Part shown: piece by piece, positions 1 through 12,300 of the stretch | Layout: the number at the start of each line of letters is the position of its first letter | How positions within the stretch are numbered: position 1 is the stretch's first letter | Source of the DNA: Aplysia californica | Taxonomy: Eukaryota | Direction of reading: 5' to 3' | Assembly (NCBI RefSeq): GCF_000002075.1 | Contig: NW_004797278.1 | Location: 2,156,009-2,220,008 of the forward strand | DNA length: 64,000 bases | Program-made: the position numbers and the translations under genes | The notes under the pieces: generated by a model | What the model saw: the letters and a program-made list of their open reading frames with translations, nothing else | What the model was told of the DNA's origin: nothing | Databases searched by the model: none

Positions 1-216
1 TAGAAGGAGCAGCACTTAACAGCACCCACCAACCACCAATAATTATGGTTATTGCAGACTTAATTAAAATCTGGGTCCTTGTTACATTGTTACTAATGAA
101 AAACCAGTCTTGAGAAACAGGAGGTGTGAGAAGAACTTAAAAATCTCTTTGCAGACATTCACCTGCTGCAGATCTGGTAATGACGTAAATTTATAAAGTC
201 GTATCTTTGACATTAC

Positions 217-335
217 CTCCAGGGCAATCAGCATATCAGAGTTGTAGGACTCCTCGGTGCTGATGAGTTCTTGAATGACACGCTGGCGCTTTCGCTCTAG
301 TTTAGACAGCTCCTCCTGAACGTTGTCATTCATCC
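217..335 (-). CDS. ITSN: ITSN-L first DH (RhoGEF) domain exon
   Basis: T|GG junction gives W, followed by [39 protein letters not shown], which matches the DH CR1 motif (ELxxTExxY). Acceptor ctcag at 336, donor gtaatg at 216. Confidence 0.9.
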
Positions 336-3300
336 CTGAGAGGTACAGAAGAGGAGAAGACAATCCTATTAGTCGGCCAGTCAATCAGAACACTTTTCAA
401 ATCCCTTCCATGCTGTGGATCAAGCCAATATCACCTCAACAGGACACCAGGCCTGCTATATTGTCCTGTAACTTTGCAGTTTGATAACAAATCAATTCAA
501 TGCATTTATAGACACTTGAGAAAGACATACCAGGGAAGGAGATTTGAATCAATGCATCATTCTGTGAATGGCAGCACCACTTTCCAAACTCCCAACACGC
601 ACCCTCAATCATATTGCTTTCTTTGTTCCCCAGACACATCTTTTGTTCGGAAGCCCACTATTAAACCGCCCGTTAGTATAAAGGGAGGCGACAAACTATC
701 ACAAAAATGAAAACAACTCCTGGTCTTGGAGTTCCCAATCCACATTGATTCAAAACTGCTTTCCCAACTTGAGTGTTGTGACATTTTATCAGTTGAGCAA
801 AGAGAGATATCTTCCCAGACTGGAATTTTCAAATTTAACGATGATAATGTTGGCCTATAGAGCTGATGATGATCATGACCGCAGAAGTAGATGGTGCTGC
901 AGCTGCATGGCTCCCAGAGGTAGTTGAGGAAACAGATCCACGATTGCAGATTCCCTGGTTGGAGCAAAGGCAGATTTAAGTGTGTTTTTCTCTCCTTTTC
1001 TTCCAAAAATCTGCTGGATTTAGCTGCTCTTACAATCTTAATACTCTGAACAAGGCTGTTGTTTGCAATTCTTTCAAAGTTATTTTAGTCAGAGGACAAA
1101 GACAAGAAAATTGAAAGGCAGATGGACAAATTGTATTCCCCGATGCAGAAGAGGGTCTTGCCATCAAATCAATATGATTGAAACAACAACAAAAGTTTTT
1201 CATTGGGATGTGAACAGCGACTAGCTAGACACACCTCATCTTGTGCATGTAAAGTTGTGTACTGTGGGATTGCAAGATAACAATATGTTGCCAGTCAATG
1301 GATGACAACAAGAACAGAGAAAAACGAACAACCATACAGAACAACCACCTACCAACTGCTTTATTTTTTGGTTGTATCTGTCATCTGTACACTAACTAGC
1401 AGCTAAGTCCGAAGACTGATGCTGTTCTCTGGTTCTACAAACTAATGAATGATTTTTAAACAAATTTCCTTTTGCACTATGTTTAAAATGATTCTTTATC
1501 TTGTTTAACCCTATCCGTACGTTGTGTTTTACTATCGTATCCATACGACGTGGGGAACTCTGTGCCACTTTCCAAAGAGGAAATTTACTCGTTAATCCGA
1601 TCCGAACGCTTTGCATAGCAGTCTGTCAAAATGATTTTTTGAGAAATACTGAAAGTTTCAAAGAGATCTTTGTACTAGAAGTATTCTAAAATGTGAAGAA
1701 ATGCAACCCCGGGGGTACAAAATGACCCCAGGGCGTACGGATAGGGTTAAGAAAAACAGCAAAAGTCAAGACTTGCTTCGAGGATTTCATGAATGAAAGG
1801 CTTTAAATTGCCCAGTTATCATATTGTTTTTCTTTATGCTGTGAAAATTTTATGAAGATTGGAAGAATAATGGTGGAGTTATTTTTAAAAAAAGTATATA
1901 GAAAAACCACGCTTCGAGAAAATGGACGATAAAGAAAAATAAAAGATATACTTTATGAGGAAATGGTGGTGACAAATATGCCCGGTATGGGAAGAAATAA
2001 GGCTTAAGGGGGTTCTTTATGCAATGAAATAGTAGTAAAAGAGGCTGAAGAAGCAAAAAATGCCTACAACTTAAAGCCCATAGTTTTGAGCTGAATCTGG
2101 AGCTTCGGGGTGCCGCTCCCCCCCCCTGAAAGAAAATAAGGTTTTCAGGATTAAAAGGATGTAGATTCACTGGACAATTTACCACATTTTGACAATTAAC
2201 CTCTTGTCTAAATGACATTCACATGGCTACAGATTTTCACCGGGGAACATTAGGACGCCCAAAAACAAGAACATAACAGATACAGAAAGAGACAATTGAG
2301 CAGTAGCGAAATTATTCTCAAGACAAAAACATAAGCCTTATGAGGATGAAGTATACGTATTCAAACAAATGGAAAATTCAAAACAAATGAAACAACACAG
2401 TGTCATCTTGCTGAGGCTCTTTAATAATAAATTATACAGTAATAATACAACGGTATCTATTAAACATGGGCTACAAAGTAAATGTGCACTTTCTACCACA
2501 TTTTCAAGCTAACAACATTTACCAAATACTAGAAATCTTTCACCTGGAAGAAGCTTGTCAGGAGGACTTTATGAATTCCTAATAAATAAGTCTTCCAAAC
2601 TGTAACACAACTATGCCAATGGCCATTTAGAGCGGTAAACAAGAAAGAAACTTGAAGTAAAAGAAGGTCTGAACTTCACTAGAATTTTCAAAGAACTCCT
2701 TTTCAATGTCACTAGATGATAAGGAAACAAACATCATAACATTTAAGGATGCGTGAGCCTCCTCGGTGACAGGTTTATCCTCTGACTCTAAATGGTTACA
2801 CAAGGAACCAGACTGAGGCTAACAACGCTAATGAGCTTGGACAATTAAATCTTACTGTTCAAGGGCAAGAACATCTAATTCTATACAGAATAACTTAGGG
2901 TTGGTGTAAACAGCACATGAAAACTGCAAAAAGTGATCGGTATTGGACGTAAAGCAGGGAAGAGAAGTCAAATACGGGTAGTTTCACTCCATTTCAGATA
3001 AATATGTGAATCTATCAAAATAAATAGTAGTTTGAATTCACAAGAAGTGCAAACTAAATACCCTGAAAATAATATGGCCATAAGCAACACAATCATTAAC
3101 GATAAAGAATCCCTTATCAGATACCAGAATATGTTGGGTATATTTATAACAATAGTCATTAAAAATCCTTCTCGGTTTACACTCCATGAAAAATAGTTAA
3201 TAACTTTGGCTATAATACACTTGCAAAAAGTGAAAACACAGTAATATGACTTTTATAGGTTAGCGTTGCCAGGCTTAAAAAAAAAAAGAGAGAGGAGTGT

Positions 3301-6300
3301 AAAGCTACATACTGGTAAATAAATTCAGGCTCCAAATATATCCGTAATAAATGCGCTAACTCTTGGCTGGCAAAGTGATTGCAGATAAATTTACAACACT
3401 AGGTGGATATTGCACACAGAGGGAAGGCAGTAAGCAACAAACTCAGGTTGTAACACAAGGGACAAAGGGATGGACTTGGGAATCAGGAGCAGTACAGGAA
3501 TAGCAGAGATGACTGACACCAATTTTGCAACTTGATTATTTTTCATGAAGACACCAATAAAAAAGAATTGACGGTATGAAATCATGGATGAAACCGTGGA
3601 AAACAATTTCATGTAGCCATGAATACAAACACACTTTCTCATTATTACCTCAGAAGCTATAGGTGTGGACATATTTGCTGCTCTGACAAGTTGCACACCA
3701 ACAAAACAAATGAAATGAATCAAGGCTAAGATATTTTCTTGAGTTTAGTCATCTCGAGAAATAGATAGAAATGTATCAAATGTCTTGACCTGAGTTGCGA
3801 CCAAATGCAACATATTCAAAGAAGGCTAAACTGCTAAAGCACAACATCAGTTCAACAGAGCTACAAGATAAAGATCTGAAACAAGTCCAGCACACACAAC
3901 ACGCACGAGAATTCCTACTTCTACTTGAGGCTAGAACTTAGGATGGAAGGGAGAAAAAGCACTCCAATCGTTTTTTGAAATTACCTTTGAGAAAACACAC
4001 GATTCACATATTTTTACAGGTCAGGAATGTTGGACCATCAAGGTTATATCCATAGGCAAATAACTAGAGAAAGTTAACCAGGCAATGTTGTTGTAGTATT
4101 TTGTTGCCAATTGGTTTGGGCGTAATACCCTACAGCTCTCAGGACTTTATTTATGATGATATATGATGACAACCACAAAAATCATTCCTAGTGCATTTGG
4201 AACAATTAACAAAACAAAGACTTTACACAGGGTTAGTAATCGGTAATGAGCTGGTCACCTTCAGAGATAACCTTTGTCATCTTACAGATATAATGTATAA
4301 TGGTAGCAAATTATAATGCAGGAAGAGGTTAGACACAGAATAAGCAGTACAGGAAGAAAAGAATCATGATAGCAGTTAGTAAGGAAAACATTTTCACTTC
4401 GAATCTTTTTCTTAATTTGCTGAAGTACTTGGAGGAGAAAGAGACACTCGGTGCTTCAAAAACACTCACTGAATTTCTATACTACACTCAATATTTCAGA
4501 TGGACCAAAAACTGCTTATATTTGTATCAAAATTCTAATAAGTCTTTAAAAAAAAGCTAAATATGACAGCAGACAGCAGGGGCAAAAGGATAAGATACTA
4601 GCTCATGAATTGAAAATGGTGTTGACTTAATTTTCTACAACCCCTCAGATTAAGTTGTGGAGACTATCACTGATGGATATGAAGAGCTATGATAAAAAAA
4701 GAACTGCAATACTGGGAATCAATACCAAAAACTTGGGGTTTAAAAAGGGCAGTCAGGGTGAACAAAATAAGGTACCTGCTTTGCTCCTCAGAAAGAAAAA
4801 GTTGCAACCTACACACTGCAAACTGATCTGTCTGATTTCAGGGTTCCAGGGTGAAAAATTAAACAGATGAATTACAAAAAACTTGGTCACCTCTGTGAAC
4901 TTTGGAGTGAATCTTAAACCGAAATGGATGCTATGCTCCAAACACACATGAATTTGAGACAATCACCTGCTGTATTAGACTGAATAGCTCTCCTACTTCT
5001 ATAAACAAACATAAGACGGGGAATGGAGAAAACTTCCCAATCAGAGCATACTCTCAAATAAACCATTCATCTATCAAACCCAGCAATTTCAGAGAGCGAA
5101 AAGAATTTTGGCAAAGCGAATATTATAAAGGACTGACACCGGTCATTTAAAATGATAAAGAAAGATAGAAACACAAGAAAATCAAAATTCACTTCCGTTT
5201 CTTCAACCCCGTCACAAATTGTATTTGCATAATTGACATACACCCTTGCTAGCTTTGATTCTATGAGATCAATGTCGCATGTAGTATGGGGGCAAATATT
5301 CCTCACTGCAAGAAAGCAGAGAAGGGACCTCACTGAAACCCATTATAACAATAATGTCTACAAACGCAGGCAAACAGTTTTGATTATGTTTAATTTAAGC
5401 ATAAAATCTGGCTGGCAACTTCACTGAAAGCTGAAAATCATGATGTTTCATATAAACTAGTTCAGTAATTCATAGGGAAGAAACCATTGCAGTCACACGA
5501 GCAATACATTCCACTCCATGGTGTCTAAACAGTCAGATATTGAGCACAAAGTCACATTCTGGAACCTAGATAAAGCCCTGGAAGTATCACTTTATTGACT
5601 GAAACGTAAACATAAGCAGTAAAACGATTTGAACTTCGTGAATTTGACTAGGCACACACATTATTATTCTGGTAATATTGCATACCTTTGACCAAAAATA
5701 CCTCGATAAAGGTGATTTGTTTTATCCAGGGCCTGTGTATTTACACAGTCCACACAGATATACAGTGCGGTTTCCTCCCTCTAGTCTAACTTGCATGAAT
5801 TGAAAAAAAAAGTTTCTTCGTCATTTTAATAGCTGATTCAATCTAACTGAAAGCCCTCAATCATCACTATTCATAGCATGGCACATGACATAGTAGATTT
5901 TCTCCTTTGAAGTTATACTATTTAATTGAAAAAATAATTGCCATTTTTTACTCTTTTACTGAGTCTTCATGTACATTTATCTGGTGCGTAAAACATTAAA
6001 TAAGAACACAAATAAGGAAAAAAATTTCAGTATTCTAGACTCGTATATAAATCCAATATATGACAATTATTGCAGGAAAATCTTCACTATTCCGCTAGGT
6101 CAAAATTATCAGACCAAAATAAGATGGATGATCAAACACTGACATAACTCAGAATTACAAAATATTTAGCACCGCTCTATAGACTATGCCAAACATGAAT
6201 GCCCAAAAGAAACAACAGCAATCTACTGATGTTTGCAATATATGATGCACAGCAATTAATTGTCTACAATTTGTAAATTTTCATGAATTCTTTTTCAAAT

Positions 6301-9300
6301 ACTGTAGCTCTCTTTCAAACCTTTGGTTCTAATATTTCTTTGCTTTATAAAGGAAAAGTACAGTTACACATGTAAATGGTATCGTATCTACTTATGAACA
6401 CTTTGACACCCTATGAGAACACAAATAGTAGCCCGAAGTTCAAAACATGATCAGAACTTTTCAAGTGCACAGGGCATTTTTCCAAACCCTAAATACACAA
6501 CAGGTTTGAGACTGAACTTTGTAAACTTCTGCTGAGGACATCAAGTTAAGCAAAAGTGACACTGCAGCCACAAAATCACAAGCTGGAAATACTGTCTCCC
6601 AACTTTGACAACCACATAAATATATCAAAATTGGAAAAAACACATCGTAATGAATGCTGCATCTAACACAAATGTTTAAGTAAAAACTGACCTCCCAATC
6701 ATGTATATGGAGACCTTGTTTACATACTAAGCTAAACACAGTGATTTCAAACTACATACCATCATTCACAAGAACACTGATAAATTACAGAAGATGCTGA
6801 TTATTTTTAAGGAGTCTATTGAGGCTCACACTACAAATCTAAAGACAGGAAACATAACAACAGGGCAATGTGGGTATTAGGAATATCACAAGTCTACAGA
6901 GTATTAATGATCAGAGCTCTAAAATCAAAGGCAATCAGCTAAAAAAATACCAAAGAACATTTCTAAGACATTTTACAGTTGAGGCAAACAATGGATGTCG
7001 AAGGTTCTTCTGATTTAGCTGGACATAAATTCCATTGAGGATGAAAGTACAACAATCGTGTACGTTCAAAGGCTAAAAAATACTGTTACAAAACCTATTT
7101 TTCATGCACTTCCAGGGATATTACGCCTGAGACAGAAATCCAGTTCTAAGAAGAAAAGGACAAAAAACATTTTTTTAAGGAACAGAAAAGTAAGAAAAAT
7201 GCTTCCTGCAGACTCCACGCAGTGTATTTCAGCATAAGGGACGGTACAGAAAGTAAAGATGAATACAGCAGGAATGTACAGAAACATAAAAGACAGCAGC
7301 AAAAAAGGGAATGAAGAAGACAAAATGCTGGTCCAAATGGTAAAAACACAAGGACAGTCCTTCTCAATTTTAAAACGAACCTTTCAGTACTCGAGCCTCT
7401 ACTCGTGGTAGATTTTAGTCGGACTACATCAAAATAGTCTTCCTCTTTATTCTGATCCCGAAAACATTCATTATTTCAGTCATTCTGAGTTGCCTAAGAA
7501 CCAGATTTAAAAAAAAAATATTTTGACAAAGTTTTTTGTCACTAGTGAAGAATGCACAAGGGAAGTCAGTATGTACTTCAGAGATCGGACCATGTAAACC
7601 TATTGTCGAGTCCTAAAGATACACTCATAAAACTCGAAACAGTCGTAAAGACCTTCCATCCTCATAGCAAGAATCAATCATTGGGCAAAAAGTTTCTTTA
7701 AATTATCAAAAATTGAAATAACTTAAAGGTTAACACAATTGGTGAGGGAACTGCTTCAATTCTTCTCTTTTTACAATGGGGATCTTCAAAAAAAAAAGAA
7801 AAAAAGAAAGAAACTTCCAACTCATTATCTTAAATTCATTCTTACTCTTAGCCTTGCTATTCTGGTCAATAGATGAATGAAAACGTGGTACTGTCCTGCT
7901 GTCACTGAGTAAAACTGGAGGGACACAATGGCTTTCAAGTACTGCATACAAAAGCAGACTAAGCACCACTCATTATTTTAAGTACCAGCACATATTAAGA
8001 CCAGTTCAACAACCTGTAACCAAGTTTTACAACTATATGGCATATGGCACAAACTAACGCAAGTCAACCAAGGTTCTTAAAACAACAGAAATGTTAACTG
8101 TTTCAAAATTAATCATTTCTGCGAACTATTTAAGGGGACACTCACAACATAACTCTCATCAACATCTTTGGGTGTTAAGGGCAAAGAAGGAAACAGATGC
8201 AACAAACAACAAACAAAACAAAGTGCAGTGGTCTCCAGCTAATAGCACACAGGATAAAAGCACGATCCACTTTTAAAAAGCGTGGAAACGAAATTCTTGT
8301 ATATAATTATCATGTATAAGTGTACCTTTCAAACCTCAAAAACTCTGCCGAAAAGCACAATCGTTTTTCATTAGAGTAAGAAATAGATCAGTCCTAAAAT
8401 GACTCCTTTCCCATGAGACTGATGGAAGCAAAGAAAATACCACATGCCCTCTTTCATTTCTTGACATTGCAGCTTAGCCAGGGAGAAAATGGCAAATAGA
8501 GAAAAGTAATGAGACAATTGTGCAATAAGGAAAGCCAGTGACTAGCCATGAGTGGTGGATGAACAGTGTGATAGGGATGTGACATAATCATGATGGCCAT
8601 TGTCTGTGATCTCTCTGCCCAGAAAAATTCGCACCTCAGGGCGAGCTGAGCTCAATGATGCAACTCATCACAAGAGATCAGATGTAAGGTGGTTCGCTCT
8701 GAAATTCTCTTCATAAACATTTGCATAACAGCGTGCTTTTCTTGTCATCGAAGTGTGTGCTATTAGCCAGAGACCACTGCACTTAAAATTCGAAGTAGAA
8801 CTTTCTATAAAACGTCATCCCAATGTCTCCCCAAGACTATTTTATAATTATTCCTAACAGTTGTGCATAATGATATCATTTTGATTTTCTTATAAACGTA
8901 CTTCTTAAAGAAAAAAAAGGAAAAAAAAAGCCATCTCACTTCTCTCACTCCTGTAAATATAACACAACAGACGTAAAAACTTTTGAAAGACTATTTGGCT
9001 AAACAAATAACCAATACTACTAAATAAGTTTGTAGCATAGAAGTGAATCCAGGAAAGCAGTGACGGAGAGAAGACTTGCACAGCAGTACAGCAGTTCAGT
9101 GATGGTGTGATTTTGTGCAGTGCGGTGCTCAGCTGCAAACTTGCTGTCCTGTAGAATAGACAAAGGAGATTCGTTGTTACAGCAAGCTCACAGCATAAAC
9201 ACCGCACGCCTTCTAAAGAACAGAATGAGGAAGTACAAGTGTAAGACAGTTACTGTGTACTGTGCTCCGTGTTTCTGGCACAAGTTGCATCATTGTCTTC

Positions 9301-12300
9301 TGAATGACAAACTTGCCAGCTGATGCCCAAAGCATCATACAAAAATGAATAAATACTTGCACCAGTACTAACCTTACGAGTTATTTCTCGAAATTTTGAA
9401 AAACCAATAGCATTCCTGAGGAATACTTCCTGATAACACACCACCACAGATCTAACAGAAAGAAGACAAGAAAGATGAGAAACATCTAGGCCTTCGCTAA
9501 GCTTAACAAGACAGCAATAACAGGTCATGTACAGGAAAGCCCGGGATACAATTCAAGTCCATTACAATGTCTCTTTGAAAGGGGAATCATGGCACAAGTA
9601 GGAAGACCGTTCCACAGTCCATCAAATGTTCTAGACAGTATAAGTGCATATGATGCACGTGTAAATTGAAGAAATAATACAAGACATATTGAAATGCCAT
9701 ACAAAGTAGTGCAGGATCTTTTTTTATATGAAAGAAAGCCTTTCTGAGGTTAGTTCCAAACAACTGGATGTTTGAAGTTGGAGGAAACCGTAACCACGGG
9801 AGTGCCTGTACTTTTAAAAAATTACTTGAGACCTAACAGCCACTTGAGCACAGCAAATAGAACCATGTGACAGAAAAGAAAAGGAGTTGTATGGGGAAAG
9901 CCATGATGTAAACAGACCAGATAAACAAAGCGTTTACTCACACGACTGAGACTGAGGGTTCGGGGTGACGTAGTTTGATGGGAACACCCCGGTCTGGCCG
10001 TCCAGCTGACCACTCCACCAGTCAGGGTTGTCTCGGCTGAGGACTGTAATGACTGCGTCTTTCTGGAATGTCAGCTCGTCATCATTTTGAGCTGTGTATG
10101 CATAGAGGGCCACCACTGTCTCCTCTGAAAAGGAGAGAAGAAAAAGCTTGAGACACATTCAAAACGTAAAAAAATATTACCTAACTTCATATTTAGACTA
10201 TGTAATCTTCTTAACCCAACAGCCATATTATTTATGGTTACTTTTCCTATCAAAATTTACCATGTTTAAAGTGCATCACTGTTTTTTCACAATTATGACT
10301 ATGCAACATTACTGTCCCTCCCTAGAGGGTTCTGCTGATCAAAGTAAAACTTATAAATTCCCATTTACCCTAAGAGAGTCTCCTCTCTTCAAGAGTAGAA
10401 AATAGTTTCATTAATTCACTAATTCAAAATTGGGTTTGAAAAGTTTCTTGACTAAGAGCTGCAAATGTTTTCAAGATACGAAGACATGTAAAAAGCAACT
10501 TACGCTGATTAATCCCTTGCATGCCATCCTGACTGGCAATGCTCTGAGGAGTGGCTGAGCGGCTGCCTTGTGATCCAACCTACAAATAGAAAGACATTCA
10601 GCTAATAAAAAAATAAAAACCTACAAAAGTAAAGGACATTTATCATCTCTAAAAACAAATAACAGACCTCCTATAAATATTTTACATCACAAACATGAAG
10701 TCCAATTTCACTACTCAAAGTCAGTAACTTTCATAGGCGATATGGCATTCTTTATAAATAGAAAAACGAAGCTTTGGAAGGATGATCTGCTATTCTCTAA
10801 AACCTTGACTATTCAGTTGCTTTCTTCAATGTTTCGTTCCCTAAAATTGTATAATTAAACACACTATGGAAATATTGACCTCCACTTACTTATTCTTAAA
10901 AACATTGATCTGTAACAAAACATCACGGTAAGTAGAAATGCTATTATTCTCACATACATTGTAATAAAACACAAGGACTGATACATCCTAATCAGATCAT
11001 TCAAGATGGATGTGTGAGAGGACGAGAATAAGGTGATTGATCAATTAAAGGTCACCCCTTTTCTCAAAAAATGAATACAGAGTGGTAAAAAAATAATTCA
11101 GAGTGTGAAGGTGTCCTATTGACCAGTGCCCATGAATGCTTAAGTTTAATTTTTTTGGTTCAATAACAAATACAGGGCAAAGAAGACACATTACCTGTAA
11201 ACTCAATTACCCTATATTTGAACCCTCAATATCCATCATAGATTTGGAGTATTCAGTTGACTTTCATCACAAGCAAATAAAAAAAATGTTTGACAATTGC
11301 AACCAGGGCTTGCTCTCAGAGCTATCATGACAATCTATAATGGAAGTATGTCTTTCCTTCCTGAGAGGACAACACATCAATTTCCACTCACCATAAGACC
11401 GCCAGCAGCAGTAGGTTCTGGGGTGGACCTTGCACTAGCTGAGCCCAAGAGCTTGACATAGTTTGCTGGGAACCATCCAATCTTTTTCTTCTGCCCCCGA
11501 ACCTACGAAAGAACAACAGCTGGTAGAGAATCTCTCACTGAGACATGGTCTCCAAAACGATCAAGGAGAACCTCCAACACAGGCAACAAAAAGCCATAAT
11601 ATTTGAAACAGATGGTGAACTAACTGCAACCATTTTATATTTTGATAATTTGTTTTGTATAGCTGTTACTACCCTTTGAGGTGGGTGCTTTTTCTCTTTG
11701 CAAATTAATGAAACGCTCTACTCACATCCCGGAAAAGACTATGTGAAGGTCAAAAGTAACTAAATAATTCCGCTGAAGCAGCTCACTCATAGCCTCTGGT
11801 CAGGAACATGGTCATCATGCAGAATTTTTTAAAACAGAAATTGCTCATTATAACTGTAACCTACTTAAACAGCAAAAATATCACCAAGGTAGTCCACTTG
11901 TTCCTCTAGACAATAAGCAAATGGGGGACAAACAGCTGTTCATGACACTTTTATACAAGACAACAAAAAAAAAAAGAAAAGAAAAGTTCACAAGCCTGGA
12001 AACTTGAAATTGATTTTTAAAACTCACAAAGCCAAATAACTAACAACATATGATCATTGCCTCAGTAGTAAACCAGGGGACACATTCAGTACAAGTGTTC
12101 CACGCAATTTACTGATCGACGCAGTGCGTTTTAACGATCGCATAATTGTGCAGTAATCTTAAGATTGCACTGCGCATTTTAACGATTGTATAATTGTGCG
12201 TCAATCTGAGGATTGCGTTAATACTTTATATTTTTGAAATTAAAAAAAAAAAAATTAACTTCCATCTTAATTCTTTTACTCACACCAAGGAACTTGTTTT

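Noticed and set aside
605-1006. 133-aa minus-strand ORF as a separate gene
   Set aside because: Non-ATG start, no recognisable domain and no supporting splice structure.
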